Shown piece after piece: positions 8,932-24,993 of a stretch of 45,579 nucleotides of DNA (position 1 is its first letter; every line of letters starts with the position of its first letter). Location: contig JBHGNT010000247.1 of assembly GCA_043228905.1 (NCBI GenBank), positions 1 to 45,579 of the forward strand. Direction: 5' to 3'. The notes under the pieces were generated by a model. That model did not search any database and had not been told where the DNA came from. It saw nothing but the letters and a program-made list of their open reading frames with translations. Source of the stretch: Azolla caroliniana (lineage: Eukaryota; Plantae; Polypodiophyta). Position numbers and translations under genes: made by a program.

Positions 8932-11712
8932 ATGAGTGAAGATTCACCGTTCTCAATTGAAGAATATTGTTTGTCATCAGACCCATCGTTTTCTACTGAA
9001 GAGTATTGTTTGTCAACAGAGTCACCATATTCGATTGAAGAATATTGTCTTTCGACCGACTCACCATATTCTATCGAAGAATATTGTCTGAGCTCATCTA
9101 CAGGGAATGTAAATAATGACACATGTGAAGAGTTCTCTATTGAAGAATACGATATTAATAAAGATACCGAGAATGAAGGAAGTGCCCAGGAAACATTGAA
9201 TAACATTGGCGATGGTCAGAACAGAGAATTAGACTGTAACAAGGTTACACCAACCTCTATGCAGGAAGAGAAATCTGGGAGCCCTATGCATATTAGAAGA
9301 ATCCCACGAAGAATTCGTCTGGCTAGATTTAGCTTGGTGACATCAGATAAACAGATTGGATTTGATGTCAACAAAATATGTTGTGCCCGTGGTTGTATGT
9401 CTATGATTGGAAAATCAAAGTTGCGAGAATTAAGGCGATACTATTTTTCGATGACCGGTGATGAGCAAGACACTTACCTCGGATCACATATGCAACTAGT
9501 ATCTGACAAATGTACGGGGATCAAAGTATCATTCAAGTATTATATCTTCCATGCGCAACAGATATGTAGAGTTGCATTCAAAATTGTGTTATGTGTTAGT
9601 AACATGCGGCTACATAGAGTACAACAACGTCTACTTAGCGGGGATCAGATGCTCAATTGTAAAGAGGTTCCAAGTATGAAAGGTGCAATTGGAAGACTAG
9701 CTATTGGCTGGATGAAAACTTACTTTCAGTTAAATTGTGAAGTAATGCCCACTACAGGTAGGATGCATCTTTCTGATAATTATACCCGTCGGGAAGTTTA
9801 TGATGTCTATCGATCTGAAATGCTGGGCTCACGTAATAAGTCTATCACCTATAGCCAATTCACAAGATTATGGAGAGCTCGGTTTTCAAATGTTATTATT
9901 CCTCGTAAAGTACGTATGGGTTATTGCTCCATTTGTGCAAATCTTAAAAGTTTGGCTAAAGGTGCAAAGACATCAATGGAAAAGGATACGAGTAAGAAGT
10001 TACTACAAGAGCATCGTGAGGCACAATCCTTAGAACGAAGGAAGGCGATGCATCATAGAGAGAAGTGTTTGAAGAGGCCTGAACAATACATGTGCTTAAT
10101 GATAGATGGCATGGACCAGAAGAAGACATGCTTGCCGCATATGCGGAGGCTCCCCAAAGATGTCAATGATGAGTGCCTTGTTCAAATGCACTTGGTGGGA
10201 TGCTTGGCTTATAATAGGTCTGTTCGACCTCACGTCTTCATTACTTACCCCAATGTTCACAATGACCCTAACCTAACAATTACAGTGATTCACCGAGTTT
10301 TGATGTCTTGGGGACAACCTTTCCCCCCTGTTCTATACATTCAATTGGACAATACTGCTAGAGAGAACAAAAATTCAACTGTATTTGGCTATCTAAGTAT
10401 GTTGGTCAACCTAGAATTGTTTAGGAAAGTGAAAGTCAATTTCCTTTTGGTTGGCCACACACATGACCATATAGATCAGATGTTTAGCACATTCTCCAGA
10501 CAGTTGTCTCGGCATGATGCTTTCACTTTACCTAAACTATTTGATGTCATTTGTGATGCATATACACCACGCCCAAAAGTGTTACACTTGAAGGAGGTAT
10601 ATGACTTTAAGAGATATATATTAGATGGGGGTGGTGGGAATGTTAAAGTGCTTGCTCAGTTAAACAATATAAGTTTCAATCACATTTTTTTGATAAAGAA
10701 AAATGGAATAAGTGGTTCTACACTTTTGTATGCTAAACAATATTCATCTTCTACAACATGGGAACCTGAAGGTGGTTGCCAGTTATTACTTTGTATGCCG
10801 AGTACAATTGTCCATGGAGCTAAGCAAATGCCAATTGAGAAGAAAGGACAGTTGCAGAGTGACTTGGTATCGGAACAAAAACGGTCATGGCTCCAAGCCT
10901 TAGAAGAAAAAAGAAAACATATTGAGGCCGCCAAGAAATATGCCGCACAACAAGACACGTCATGGTGGGATGTATTTTATAGTGATCAGAAAGAAATTAT
11001 AGACAATTGTGTATCTGTTGATAATTGGAATTTGGAAACGCCATTCACATGGTCGCTGCAACATGATCGCGTAAATAGAAGTCCGGAGCGACTAGTAAAT
11101 GCGATTAATGACAGCTTGGTCCATCCACAACAAAGAGACATTTATGTGGGACCAAGGATGACCAAAGCAGCCGAAGCTAGATGGCAAGGAAATTTGCAAG
11201 AGCTCACCGCGGGGATGTTGATTGCAACGCTGGCTGATGAGAACTCACATGGCCACCAATTTTGGGTTGGTAAAATTCTAGAAGTGCTAATGCATGAAAT
11301 AGATAACACGATCAAGTCTATAAATGTTCATTGGTACAACACTAGAAGTGCAAATGCTTTTACAGGTAAGTATACATTGGAGATGATTGAATGCCAAACA
11401 AGAAGGGGAGGTAGGAAGAGGAAGCGAAACATTCGTAACACCTCGACCCTTGATATCTCTGATGTGGATATCATCGTGTACGACTTCACACTTACAAAAG
11501 CCGGACGATTAAGGAAGTCAACAATAGATATAATAAAAGAAAAATTACCAGGTCTACAAGGTGGCTCGAGTCAAAGGCAAACGAGATCTGCTACATATAA
11601 TCTAGAGTCAAACCATTTGGTTTATGACGAAGATAATGCACTGATTGGTACATCCGAGGATGATGAGGAGGAATCGTCATTGTATATTAGTTATAGTAGT
11701 GATTCTCCGTAA
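8932..11712 (+). CDS. DDD/E transposase (Sola-like / DUF7869-type), 926 aa, intronless
   Basis: Uninterrupted ORF between TIRs. Candidate catalytic motifs MIDGMDQKK, IQLDNTARENKN and FLLVGHTHDHIDQMFS. Cys motifs ICCARGC, ICRVAF, YCSIC. 4-bp TSD fits the Sola superfamily; that assignment is from remembered motifs, not a search. Confidence 0.85.
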   Translation: MSEDSPFSIEEYCLSSDPSFSTEEYCLSTESPYSIEEYCLSTDSPYSIEEYCLSSSTGNVNNDTCEEFSIEEYDINKDTENEGSAQETLNNIGDGQNRELDCNKVTPTSMQEEKSGSPMHIRRIPRRIRLARFSLVTSDKQIGFDVNKICCARGCMSMIGKSKLRELRRYYFSMTGDEQDTYLGSHMQLVSDKCTGIKVSFKYYIFHAQQICRVAFKIVLCVSNMRLHRVQQRLLSGDQMLNCKEVPSMKGAIGRLAIGWMKTYFQLNCEVMPTTGRMHLSDNYTRREVYDVYRSEMLGSRNKSITYSQFTRLWRARFSNVIIPRKVRMGYCSICANLKSLAKGAKTSMEKDTSKKLLQEHREAQSLERRKAMHHREKCLKRPEQYMCLMIDGMDQKKTCLPHMRRLPKDVNDECLVQMHLVGCLAYNRSVRPHVFITYPNVHNDPNLTITVIHRVLMSWGQPFPPVLYIQLDNTARENKNSTVFGYLSMLVNLELFRKVKVNFLLVGHTHDHIDQMFSTFSRQLSRHDAFTLPKLFDVICDAYTPRPKVLHLKEVYDFKRYILDGGGGNVKVLAQLNNISFNHIFLIKKNGISGSTLLYAKQYSSSTTWEPEGGCQLLLCMPSTIVHGAKQMPIEKKGQLQSDLVSEQKRSWLQALEEKRKHIEAAKKYAAQQDTSWWDVFYSDQKEIIDNCVSVDNWNLETPFTWSLQHDRVNRSPERLVNAINDSLVHPQQRDIYVGPRMTKAAEARWQGNLQELTAGMLIATLADENSHGHQFWVGKILEVLMHEIDNTIKSINVHWYNTRSANAFTGKYTLEMIECQTRRGGRKRKRNIRNTSTLDISDVDIIVYDFTLTKAGRLRKSTIDIIKEKLPGLQGGSSQRQTRSATYNLESNHLVYDEDNALIGTSEDDEEESSLYISYSSDSP

Positions 11713-12034
11713 AGGAGTGATCATGAATGTATATTTGGCTATTAAGTGTAACTACATTCCGCTTGTAACAAATCGAGTAATATAAAATCATGTGTTTTGA
11801 ATTCTTATGATTTCCCAAAAATCGTTTCTTATAAAATAACATTGGTTGTAAAGTTTGTGATATAAATTGAGAATGTATGTTTTTGAAATTCGTCTTTTTT
11901 TAGTTACTTCTAAATCACGAAAATAGTGGATTTTTAACCTTTTTCATAGTATGTTTGAACTTGTATGATACTGGTATCAATGTGTTTTGTAAAATCATTG
12001 AAAAACCCCTAAAATTTCCCTTATCCTTCCATTT

Positions 12035-12070
12035 ATGCGCGATCCTTCCACTTGTGAACGCGAACGTGTT
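12035..12070 (-). repeat. Right terminal inverted repeat
   Basis: ATGCGCGATCCTTCCACTTGTGAACGCGAACGTGTT followed by TSD CAAA. Confidence 0.95.
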
Positions 12071-13289
12071 CAAACCCTAATCACTCTACCTCTTGTATGT
12101 GTGTCGTATACATCTTTATAATAGAAGCGATGTTCTTCTTCTTGTACTTTGTATGTGTGTTTAATGATAATCTTATACTAAGAGAGAGTTAATGTGAGAG
12201 AGGATGAGTGTAAGAACTAGTTACACTAGGGTTGCGAGACAAGAGGCTCAACCGTGATTGACAACCACTCACGTCTGGTTTGCTACTAATTGGGCAAATG
12301 GAGGTCTGGATACTTTGTCTAACGATATCATTGTGGAGGTATAGCTCCATCAATTCATAGAGTGTGTTGTGTTGTGTACATAGAAACCACACATCCATTT
12401 GGGCTATTGACAGGCATAAGACCGACGATTAAACCATTGAATAATTTTTCTTAAACTCCTGAAGCTAGCCTTTGCTAACCTTACAAGAGACCAAGAGGCA
12501 TTATTTTCTATTTGTGTGTTAGTATGTTATACATTTTCTTGGCATTTAGGTTTCTTAATAATCCACAAAGGTTGCCCGAAGTTAACTTGCTAACCATTCG
12601 GTTTTTTTTTTCACACTATAAATTTCTTTCAAACTTTTTTAAGGTTTCGACATTGTACATGGTTAAACACTATTTTTTGTACTAACCACTAATTATAATT
12701 TTTTCTTAACATGAACTTGGCGATCATTCCGATTCACACACCAAATATCAATTTTCAAAAGGCTAATAGTCACAAAGAACAAGCCCTCAACTCTAAAGAG
12801 TTTTTTGATCCACACAAACACAAAAACAATTTCTCAACCTTAAACAAAAATAAATAAATTGTCAGGTGCGGTTCATTACCCCTTCCCCCTCACTCTAATC
12901 AAATACCTTTTTGACACTTTAATGATACTTATGCTTCTTTATAGGGTGAAGTACCAATGCCAAATGGTGTGGAAGTATGGGGCAATACCATCCGTAAGTC
13001 TAGTTGGAAAGAGTTTGAAAATGTAAATGCATTTTCTTGTAAAGTTTCTCCAACTCAAGAAACAAAAATCGTAGATCCTACTACTTGAGATTATAGCCAT
13101 AGAAAGGGTTGTTGAATACATGCTTAAGTTTCAAAAAAGTCATGTGCATTGACTTCCTAGAATCTCATAGGGAACAGGGAAAAGGTCTAAAATACGCATA
13201 AATGCAAACTTTTGTGTCTCATTGGATGCAAGATATAAAAAAATGGTTTGGAAGGTGGGATGTAATACACTTGTTTCGTGACGTGCCAA

Positions 13290-14120
13290 TAGATTCCTAC
13301 GTGATTGAGGCCTTTTTGCAATGCCAATGTATCATGACACAAAAAATGGGAAGGCTTATGCTACCCATTGTACAACATATGTGACTACAAAATCATATTC
13401 TTCATTGGATGTGGAAATCTCACACATCAAATGTTGGCACTCATCCCATTGTCTACCATCTAAACGATAACTTCCATATAACTTAGCTCACATTCACTAT
13501 GATGTAAGATGAGGTGTTGTAGCACAAGTGATGAGAGTTGTCGATTGTGCACACTTTTCCCTAAACACATTTGGGAATTTGCATATCAAATTTTGATACA
13601 ATGCCCCAAACCTTGTCCTTGCACAAATTTCTCTCATAATCATAACATGCACTTTCAATTGGGACAATTCATTAGTAAACTTCCTTAATATGAAATGTGA
13701 ACACCACCACATCATACATACTAAAGCCCATCTCATTGTTTGCCATCCAAACCATTGCTTCATGCAACGTAGCTCACACGTGTGTGAGACAAAGCGTTGG
13801 GTCACAAGTGATGGCAGTAATTGGCATTGCACATTTTGCCTAAACAAGTTGGAGAGTCTGAGGATCATACTTTTATACAATGCCCTACCTTTGATCACAT
13901 CTGACTTTGCTTTCCACACATCTTCGACCAAACCCAATCCTTTCACGGACATCTCTCACATTCATGGTGTGCTCTCTTGATTACAACATTCGATATTAAA
14001 GTTTTTGAACATCAAGAATCACTACTCACTTTCACACGTACTACGTGAAAATGTTATATTTTTCGGTCTCATAGGTCATATTTTTTTCCTTCACAAAATA
14101 TAATAAAATCCATCTACCCA
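13290..14120. repeat. Dispersed repeat of unknown family, second copy at ~44510-44960
   Basis: Shared blocks, e.g. GAGGC.TTTTTG.AA..CCAATGTATCATGACA, CATCCAAACCATTGCTTC, ATACAATGC.CTACCTTT.ATCACATC, GACCAAACCCAATCCTT and GAACATCAA...TACTCACTT, in the same orientation. Confidence 0.75.
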
Positions 14121-15045
14121 TATCTCTGAACAACCTAAATTTGAAGAAATCTAAAGGAAAATTATTGGTATTTGTAGCATTTTAACCGGTATGGATACAT
14201 TATAACCACCAATTTGACCACTTAAATGTGAGAAAGGTCATATACTATCATTCTTATTGATAAATGTCTTGATTCTTTAGTGTAGAAGACATTCAATGGA
14301 CTAATCGAAAAGCATGAGATCTTCAAGGTATAAAACCAGAACTGCTGAAATAAAGGGGATAAGAAACATATGCTTGGATAAGAAACACACCAATCATGTT
14401 GCCAAACACAACAATCACATACAAATTGGAGGCAATGGTTGTGAGAATTCTCATATGGTGAGGTTATTTGGATGCATGACACAAACAACACTAACTGCAT
14501 GGGCTTAAGCGAACAACCATCCAGCCATCATATGAATTTTGCTCACAATTTCACACATTTGAGAATATGAAGGTAATACATCATGTACACATAAATATCA
14601 GTGTTTCAAGTTTCCATTTTGCATTTACCACATGTAAATTGTCAGTAGGTTATGCTTCAGATAGCCGGCATTTGATAGGGGGTAAAACAGGAATAATGAG
14701 CCATATGAAGCATCCCCCACATTCCAAATTGGGGCTGACATTTCTCCAAATTATTATCTACACCGAAAGAATGAATTCAATTCTACATTGAAAAGAATGA
14801 ATTCAATCAAGTGTAACACATCAAAGTATTGGTAGTGTGCCCTTCAACAATTTATTAATCCCCAAGCTCCAAAACTGAATCTAGACATCATTAAGGAATT
14901 CCCAAGTTTTAATTGAATACACAATATGGTTGTCCTTGGCCCATCCTCTTTACCACACTGAAAATGCACATATATACTCGAATGATTAGGTTGCTTTTAT
15001 ACTTTTAACTTTTCCATCGGCTAAAGGGCAAGTATCTAGAATGTC

Positions 15046-15600
15046 AAAAGCCAAAGAATTTGAAACTTCACATCCAACCACCAATATTGACGACAATAAT
15101 ATTTTAGTAAGAGCATGTAACTTCCATTCATTTTGTACACTTTTTATCTGCACTTAAATCTGTGTTATTCATTCAGCATCAATCAATTCATTGAGCAGGA
15201 AAGCAGATTTCTTCAAAATCGGATTTTACTTACATACCAAATTGTGGAAGCATTGATTGCTCAATAAACTGCAGCATGTACATGCTAAAACCTTACAACC
15301 AAACGACTTCAAGCATCTAAAACGTAAAAAGCCAAAGAATTTGAACCCTCATAACCAACCACCAATATTGGTGGCAATCATATTTTAGTAAGAGCATATA
15401 ACTTCCATTCATTTCATACACTTTTATCTGCACTTAATATCTGTGTTATTCATTCAATATCAGTCAGTTCATTGAACAGGAAAGCAGATTTCTTCACAAT
15501 CGGATTTGACTTAAATATGCATTTACGTACCAAATTGTGGAAGCAATGATTGCTCAATAAACTGCAGCATACACATTCTAAAACCTTTCTTACAACCAAA
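15046..15600. repeat. ~280-bp tandem duplication downstream of the cyclophilin stop codon
   Basis: AAAAGCCAAAGAATTTGAA...TTACAACCAAAC occurs starting at ~15046 and again at ~15327. Confidence 0.85.
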
Positions 15601-15872
15601 CAGAATTCAGAGGTAAGATATTTGTTAAAGCCAAATTAGATAAATGAGAACACTCACCTAAACCCTACTTCACCTCTTCAGGGAACACAGTAGCTTTACC
15701 AATCAAATAGCAACCATACGGTTACAATACAGCTAATGGGGATGAATTCACATTCTCACTCTGTGTCTTTATTAGTAATCTCATCAAGTCTTACCAAAAT
15801 TTGGGAAGAACTAATCGTCCCTATGGATTTATGATCAGATTTGTTCGATGTTACAAGGCCATGACAAAACCT

Positions 15873-19341
<3,469 letters not shown>

Positions 19342-22225
19342 GGAAGGAAGGGAGGAGATAGAGCTTGGACCTTCTTTCTTTCCTTGCTTTGGGCCTGCCT
19401 GCCTTCCTTCCCTCCTCTGTGTCTGTCTGTCTGTGGGTTCTGTATGAATGGAATGGAATGGAATGGTATGTAATTTTACATAGAGATAGAAGACATAAAG
19501 AAGATATACATAAGAGTGACTGAAAAATGACTGCCTCTTGTGAATAGGAGGAGGGGAGGGGTTTCTTCTTTACCACACAAAATTGGGAGGGGAGGGGTTT
19601 TTACCTCCTCTTTCTTCTTTCTTCTTCATTCCTATCCAAACAAAAACTACTCTCTGGGTTATCCACACACACACACACACGAATGGGTTTGCGCCCGCCC
19701 CGCCCCGCCCATAACAAAAAGCAGATGTCCGCCCACCCACTCAGACAATGCTCATGCAATATGTCTGCTTCCTCCTCTTTGTTGTGGGCTCCATCGGGGG
19801 GGCTGCCTGGTGGGAAGGCAAGGGGCGCGGCCTAGCTGGTCTCATTGCCCAGCTTGTGCCGCAAACATGACACAGAAGGACCGACGAGACGACATCCCTG
19901 ACTAGGCGCAGACTGTTGCGGAATGATCGATTTGATTGATGCTTAAGGCAATGTTCGGGGCTTTTGGCTCCGAAACCTTTCTCTTACTTCCAAAGGCCAA
20001 GTAGGTTCGAATTGAGTTCTCATACAATAAATCCATGTCGAATATCTATATAGCACAAATCATATCTAGGGTGCACGAACTCATTCCAAGATATTTTAAA
20101 ACATAAATGGAGGTTGCAATTCTAGCCATACACTACCATATGTAGTTAATAAATTTCGTAAGATGGCTCAAAATTATATATAAATAGTCATCAGTTGCAA
20201 GGAACGTGTTAAATGCGTGCAAAACCAATGTGTTCACATCATGCATTGGCATACAATGTCTTGTTGGAAGTATTTCCGTCTTAAGACATGCCCTCAATCT
20301 TTATACAAAACTTAGACCAAAAATGTATAAATGTGCAAGTTGTAAATTTCGCATGAGCTCTTGTTACTCATGCATGCAATTCCTATGCATCGTCAATAGA
20401 GGCACATCTATTATAATAGAAAAGCATGAGACCCATGTGTGTGGCATCCCCAATAGAACAATTCCAAAAGAAAAAAATAATTAAGAACCTGAAATAAAAT
20501 AAAAAACATAAAGAGGAACACAAAACCATATATTGTTGTACGGTGTACCTCACCTTACAAATTAGATAAATGAGAAAATATTGAAAAATATCTCATGTTT
20601 GTTTGGTCACTAGATCAAGCATAAAATGATGATATATCTACTTCAAACTAAACGAGTTCAAACCTAACAAAGGCCCAAAAGCACTCATACATTATCAATA
20701 CTACATAATTATGCCTATGCATTAGAGGAGCTAAGGAAATTGCATTGAGATTCCTTATGAAAGTTTGTTGGTATACTAGGAGTATACGTGTAATAGACAA
20801 TCTTTTCATCACAAAAGCTTGTAGTATTTCCATTTTTATCACGAAAGTTTGTCGTATTCCTGTGAAGGTCATTTTGTGATATATTGTTGTATGGTAATGA
20901 AAACAATACGATATGCTTGCATGATCTTGGTATGATATAGACATTGACATGCAACTAAAGGCCCTTATAACTAGCATATGCTTGCATAATCTTGGTATGA
21001 TACATAACATCTTTCTATAAATAAAGATCCACCCACACAAGTGTTCATTATTTTCAAGATGGCATTGCTTGAGTTCTTGTAGTGTTGCTTTTTACCATGA
21101 ATAAGATTACATTGAAAAAGAATATATTCATATGGGTGTATATTAGTACACATCACTATGTACCGGATTTGGATGACATTATCCTCAACAATTTCAAGGA
21201 TTTCTTAAGATGAAGGTTGTTTACACATTGATTTTGCAATGCAAGTCTTAGCACGTGTTCTTATTCCATTGCACTGACAATCTCAACAACATCGACTTAA
21301 TGCATCAACTTAATCAAAACCACAAGCCATTGAGTGGTAGAAGGGTAGAAGCATTAAAATTAGTGTTCATTACTTGATACCCAAATTTGGACTCCTAAGG
21401 AGCAGTTTAATGCGTCGTTATTTGTCTCTTGCAAAACCACTATATATTGATTGAGGACATTTGCTGATGTAACAAGAAGCAAGTTTTATTTGAGAGATTA
21501 ATGAAGTGTCCAAAATAATGACTTACTTCGTCATCTTCTTCTTTTTTATGTGTAAAAGAATGAAAGAGAATTCCTAAGAAAGAAGCCATCAAACAACAGT
21601 ATCCTCTGATGTTGTAGAACAGATTTCCCCAGAGATATAATGGAAGTTGCGAAAAAACTGCAACAAACAACTGTACACAAACATATAGAGAAAGTCTTTT
21701 TCAATTGTAACCAAGAATTTATACCAATTTTGTATTCTACCTATAACATGGGCTTCTTTTACCCAACCGAACATCATGTGAGAGGCTTTTTTACACATTG
21801 AAATCTCGATTCCGTAGAATGAATGGGCCAATCATCGTCCAAGTTGTAGTTCATGTTACACAAAGTCAAGGCAATTGTTAGTTACAAAATATTGTAGAAG
21901 CACAGAAACAAAAAAAGGTGACTTTTTTATGGCTTCAATTAAACTTCTATAATCTGTTTTTATGTTTATACATTAGAAAACCTTGTTCCATCTTCAACTA
22001 CTAAATTTCAAGAAGTTTGAATTTTCATGAGTATTAGAGCATCACAAAACCAATCAATCAATTTTTGCTCTATCACTTTTATGTAGAAAATCATTTTAAT
22101 TTATTTGCCCTCTTTATGGTATGTGAGCAGAAATATTTCAACTCCAGTTTTCAATACCTTTTCCTTTCATAATGCTACAAAAGTCTTAGTGATGTGTTCA
22201 AATATTTCAAATATAGTTTCACAGA

Positions 22226-24993
22226 TAGGTGTATCTTTGATAATGTATTTCTTCTCTGGGAAGTTATGGCATTAGCAGATCGTGCCGTATCGAGCTCGGC
22301 TATTCTGCTGTTAGACTTTGAGAAGGCCTACGACAGGGTACTATGGTCGTTTTTGGAAAGAGTGATGAGTGCTATGGGCCTACCCCAACAATGGAGGAAT
22401 TGCACTTCTGCACTCTATCGGAATGCTTCTAGTAGCGTGCTGGTAGCTGGTGTTAGGGGCCCTGCCTTCCAACTACATCACTCAGTGAGGCAAGGCTATC
22501 CCCTAGCTCCATATCTCTACCTATTTGTCACTGAGGCTTTCTCTGCTTATTTACAAGCACCAAGCAACGGATTGAGGGGATTGTCCATCCCCAATGTGTC
22601 TGAAGATCTATTGCTATCTGAATATGCCAACGATACGGTCCTTTTCTTGCAGGGCGATGACGCGAATCTGCAGCGGGCTGAACAGCTTGTTGAGGACCTT
22701 TGTCAGGCTGCTGGAGCCAAGATCAATTGGGATAAAACCCACGGCCTCTGGTTCAGTGAACAAGAGAAGCCAGGGTGGCAACCCCACACTGATTTTGCTT
22801 GGGTCCCTGATGGGACGACATTCAAATACCTAGGATTTACGATGGGGAGGGCAATCCCCAAGGGAGTGCAATTGTCACATGTGCAAACCAAAATAAGCAA
22901 GAAGCTGATCCAATGGAGCAGATCTAAACTTTCCTTCGCTGGTAGGGTTCTTATTGCGAACCAAGTGTTGCTCGCCACCATGTGGCACTCAGTCTCCTGC
23001 TGGATTATGGACCCCTCAAGTTTGCGCGCGATTAAGGCTGCCATCAGGGGGTTTATATGGTCAGGTAAGGACAACCCGTTTGCTGCCGCCAGAGTGTCAT
23101 GGCATTGGTTAACACAACCACGGGCCAAAGGGGGGCTTGGCCTCATAGACCCCTTAATGTAGAGCCGAGCATTGCTAACCAAAATGGTGGTTCGATGCCT
23201 CTTGCTAGGTAAGGGGTGCTGGAAGGTACTACTTCGCAATAGGCTGCAAGCAGGGACGCCCAAGTATGGTAGGCCTTGGCCGGATTCCTTGAATTGATGT
23301 TGCACGAGTGGAGTTCCTCCCAAGTTGGCTTGTCAACCGGAGGAGCGGGTCACAAACTCCATCTTGCGGGCATGGTGTCACGTAAGACGTCACTTGGTCA
23401 AGCACATGCCAGAGACACTAGTCGAGTGGGCTAGACATCCATTATTTTGGAACCCTCAAAAGCGGTCAAGTGGTGACATGATGTTAGGGCAGCTTAAGGG
23501 TCTAGCCTGGGGAAAGTTGGCGCAAACAGGGCTCCTCTCTATAGATGATTGGAGACGCACGATGGCTTTAGGAGGGGACCAGGAGGTCCCTTTCCCTCCC
23601 CTCAAGGGAGCCATGAAAATGCGGAGGTTGATAGCTGAGGCACTTGATAGGGTCTCGATGGGGGAGGTGAGAGAAGATACATGGTTCGGTCTCTTTGATA
23701 AGACTGGTGTGGTTAAGTTGCTGAAGGGTGTGAGTGGATCGGGACGAGATACAATTTTTGGGGAGAGGCAGAGTAGGGGCTCTTGGCACCCAATCCGCGT
23801 GGTGGCGCAGGTTGGTAACATCTGGAAAACAGACCCGGATGTTGCTAAGGTGGAACCCCATTGGAAGTTATGGGTATATGGTGGTTGTCCCCTCATCGAG
23901 CTAGAATGGGACCCAGGGGATTTCAGGTGGAAACAGGATGGCAGACTTCGCCATTTCTTCGAGTACAGCACTAAATTGGGTCGGACTTTACAATTGCAGC
24001 TAGATGGCCCCTTACGCAATGGTTGGCGTACATTGGGCATCCCTGATGAGGTGCTCATTACTTTTTGGAAAGGTCTCTGGCGTCTCCACATGCCTGAAAA
24101 GATCAAGTTTTTTTTGTGGCAGATCAGTCATAATGTGGTTCCCATTGGCGAATGATTAGGTAAACGTGGCGGCCCGTTAGGCTGCCCACTCTACCCTTCA
24201 CCTATTGAGACTCTGAGGCACTGTCTATGGGATTGCTCTCAAGCTCAAAAGGTATGGGATAGAGTGACTCGCCTCCTTGTGGCTTGTGAAGTGGAAGGAA
24301 CCGCATCGTGGAGTACTGCGGCATGGATTGATCACTCCGACGATAGGTGGACGGACGCCTTCAATGCGGATAGCTGGTGCTATGTATACATTGGAGGCAA
24401 AATCGCCAAGATCCGTTATGGAAGAGGCTTGCAGTCCGCATCCCCTAGGTTCTCGGAAATTTGGATGTTGATCGCAGGCTTCACCATGTGGTATATATGG
24501 AAAGTGCGTTGCCTGAAGGTTTTTCAGGATCTGGTGCGACCCCCGGAGGAACTGATCATGGACATATGGTTTGCTCTTATCAGCTGCCTACAAGGGCAGT
24601 TGGACAAGGTTTGCAGCCATTCCAACGATGTGGTCACTGCCTGTTTGCGCTTTTGGCAAAAATGGCGGAACACGCCTACGGTGACACAAGGAGGAAGTGG
24701 TCCTAGGTGGAACTACCAGCCCCCACGCTGGCTGTTTCCGAGTCACTTGCCGCCCTCCCTGCGGTGTAGGCCCTAGGAGGTGTCTTGTACTAGCCAAAAT
24801 TGACGAGCACCATTTTTAGCTATAGGTATCTGCTTATATTGAGTAGTCAACCCGTTATGCTAAGTAACTAATCTCATTTTCTTGTACTTGTTCGGAGGGA
24901 GATTTCCCGATTTGTATATAAGCCCCGTGTACAGTCTTTTTGTAATAATCCTTCCTAACTAATGGGAAAGTAGCTTCATTTTGGAAAAAAAAT
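22226..24993 (+). mobile_element. 5'-truncated L1/Tx1-type LINE (RT + zf-RVT), pseudogenised
   Basis: RT motifs LLDFEKAYDRV, SVRQGYPLAPYLYL, EYANDT (YADD degenerate), KYLG. zf-RVT-like KIKFFLW...ETLRHCLWDC. In-frame stops. Short poly(A) at 24985-24992. 15-bp TSD ATATAGTTTCACAGA at 22211-22225 and 24994-25008. Confidence 0.95.

Larger units (their letters stand above)
2999..12070. mobile_element. Full-length 9072-bp cut-and-paste DNA transposon (Sola-like) carrying a transposase and a ParB-DNA methyltransferase gene
   Basis: TIR AACACGTTCGCGTTCACAAGTGGAAGGAT(T/C)GCGCAT at 2999-3034 and inverted at 12035-12070 (35/36 match). 4-bp TSD CAAA at 2995-2998 and 12071-12074. Internal intact DDD transposase ORF. 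Confidence 0.93.

Noticed and set aside
12075-12900. LTR-like sequence flanking the DNA transposon
   Set aside because: No boundaries, TSD or second copy identifiable in the window.
20640-22100. Possible very old transposase remnant or short ORFs
   Set aside because: No convincing motif in any frame.
22703-24797. Minus-strand ORFs of 200+ aa
   Set aside because: Antisense shadows of the LINE ORF2.
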